From: a virus
Lineage: Duplodnaviria > Caudoviricetes
Direction: 5' to 3' (one strand)
DNA length: 55,195 nucleotides
IMG/VR virus record: IMGVR_UViG_3300032323_002612
Coordinates: 1 to 55,195 of that record
Positions 54,268-55,195 of the stretch are shown here, piece by piece (the first letter of the stretch is position 1; each line of letters opens with the position of its first letter). The notes beneath the pieces are model-generated. The model ran no database searches. It worked only from the letters and a program-made list of their open reading frames with translations, and was not told where the DNA came from. Both the position numbers and the translations under genes were made by a program.

Positions 54268-55019
54268 ACCCAGTCCTTTGACTTGGTCATTGAAATATTG
54301 CCTTCTTCGGGCAAGGTATTACGGCCCATAATGTAGGTGCTGATCTGCATGGGCACCAAAAACTGATTGATAGCATTGTCTGCTGGATACCAATAAGGAC
54401 GATAAAACTTGGTCAATGCCAACGCAGCATCTGGAGTAATAGCATAACCACTGGCTCCGGGCATACTGAAGTTCTGCCACTTGCGAGCCTGTGCTGGACC
54501 TGTGGGATTTTCTAGGTAGCTTTTTTGTGGCTCGGTCATGAATGAACTTTTGCCCAGACTCAAGATCAGTACTCCGTCAAACTCCACAGGAGTGTAACCA
54601 CGATAGAACTTGACGTCATCTTCAAAGATCATTATGGGCTCATTGAGCTCTACACACTTAGACCACAGATTGTAGTGACTGTAAAAACATCCTATCACTC
54701 CTGGACGACTCAGTTTGCCCATATCTTTTTTATCAATGAGTTGGCGTTCAATGATTTCGTAACGATGTTTCCGTTTGAATTCTTCGTAGAGTTCAGGCCT
54801 TATCAATTGCTCAATGTCATGATCATCCAGCACACGGTTCTTGATACTGTAAGGGTACAAGGTCTTTTGTGCTTTCTTGGCCATGGCCACTGCTTTGTCA
54901 CCTGGTGTGCCTTCAAACAACTCTGCTTCAATATTGTACTCAGCAAGTTGATCCAGCATCTGCCGTGATGATTTTACACTGTGATCACGTTCAGGTAGGT
55001 ATATTACAAATGCTTTCAT
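54264..55019 (-). CDS. Glycosyltransferase family 25
   Basis: AFVIYL, GVIGCFYSH..LW, IFEDD and GYAITPDAA motifs. Confidence 0.85.
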   Translation of the reverse strand: MKAFVIYLPERDHSVKSSRQMLDQLAEYNIEAELFEGTPGDKAVAMAKKAQKTLYPYSIKNRVLDDHDIEQLIRPELYEEFKRKHRYEIIERQLIDKKDMGKLSRPGVIGCFYSHYNLWSKCVELNEPIMIFEDDVKFYRGYTPVEFDGVLILSLGKSSFMTEPQKSYLENPTGPAQARKWQNFSMPGASGYAITPDAALALTKFYRPYWYPADNAINQFLVPMQISTYIMGRNTLPEEGNISMTKSKDWV

Positions 55020-55195
55020 ACAGAGAAAACAGCTTCGTGGCGATATCTATCTATGATCCGGTATCCAAACTGTGCAAGATATTTTTCAACTTCGGGGAAA
55101 GGCTTGTCGTATCTCAAACCATGTCCGGCTTCTTCTACAGCAATGATTGGCAGATATTTTTTGATTGTTTGTTCTGCCCCATTGAGAGCAAACCA
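55016..55195 (-). CDS. C-terminal part of an FkbM-family methyltransferase (partial)
   Basis: Manual translation ..ALNGAEQTIKKYLPIIAVE...YLAQFGYRI..; the 5' part lies outside the window. Confidence 0.6.
   Translation of the reverse strand, partial: WFALNGAEQTIKKYLPIIAVEEAGHGLRYDKPFPEVEKYLAQFGYRIIDRYRHEAVFSV

Noticed and set aside
1-55195. Stop-codon reassignment, tRNA genes or IS elements
   Set aside because: Conserved genes are full length in the standard code and coding density is high. I saw no cloverleaf, T-loop signature or transposase by eye; tRNAscan-SE was not run.

Overview
This window is about 55 kb of a large lytic dsDNA phage genome, T4-like in its late promoters and replisome genes. 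It uses the standard genetic code and most genes lie on the minus strand. The IscU/IscA/ClpX sequences look betaproteobacterial, which suggests the host (inference). Left to right it carries: UvsE; an amidinotransferase/oxygenase/UDP-sugar dehydrogenase/glycosyltransferase block; ClpS, Hsp20, bS21 and ClpX; DNA ligase; a PAAR/baseplate region; glutaredoxin, nrdB and nrdA; a tail-fibre/pectate-lyase-like protein; an exonuclease; radical SAM genes interleaved with IscA and IscU; putative virion proteins; helicase, primase, a 189-aa miniature DnaE, a gp62-like clamp loader and UvsW; an early-gene cluster behind repeated TTGACC-N17-TATAAT promoters; and a glycosyltransferase cluster. I saw no tRNA, rRNA, CRISPR array or IS element. 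The most striking unannotated signal is a ~90-nt element at 48472-48560, at the 3' end of the early operon. Its hairpin loop and flank are antisense to the ribosome-binding sites of the five SD-led genes directly behind the repeated early promoters, so it is a candidate phage anti-RBS small RNA that shuts off early translation. Other highlights are the mini/split C-family polymerase, a nucleotidyltransferase-ligase fusion, a structured 5' RNA at 11520-11700 and a ROSE-like thermometer on hsp20. All calls come from motif recognition by eye; no searches were run.
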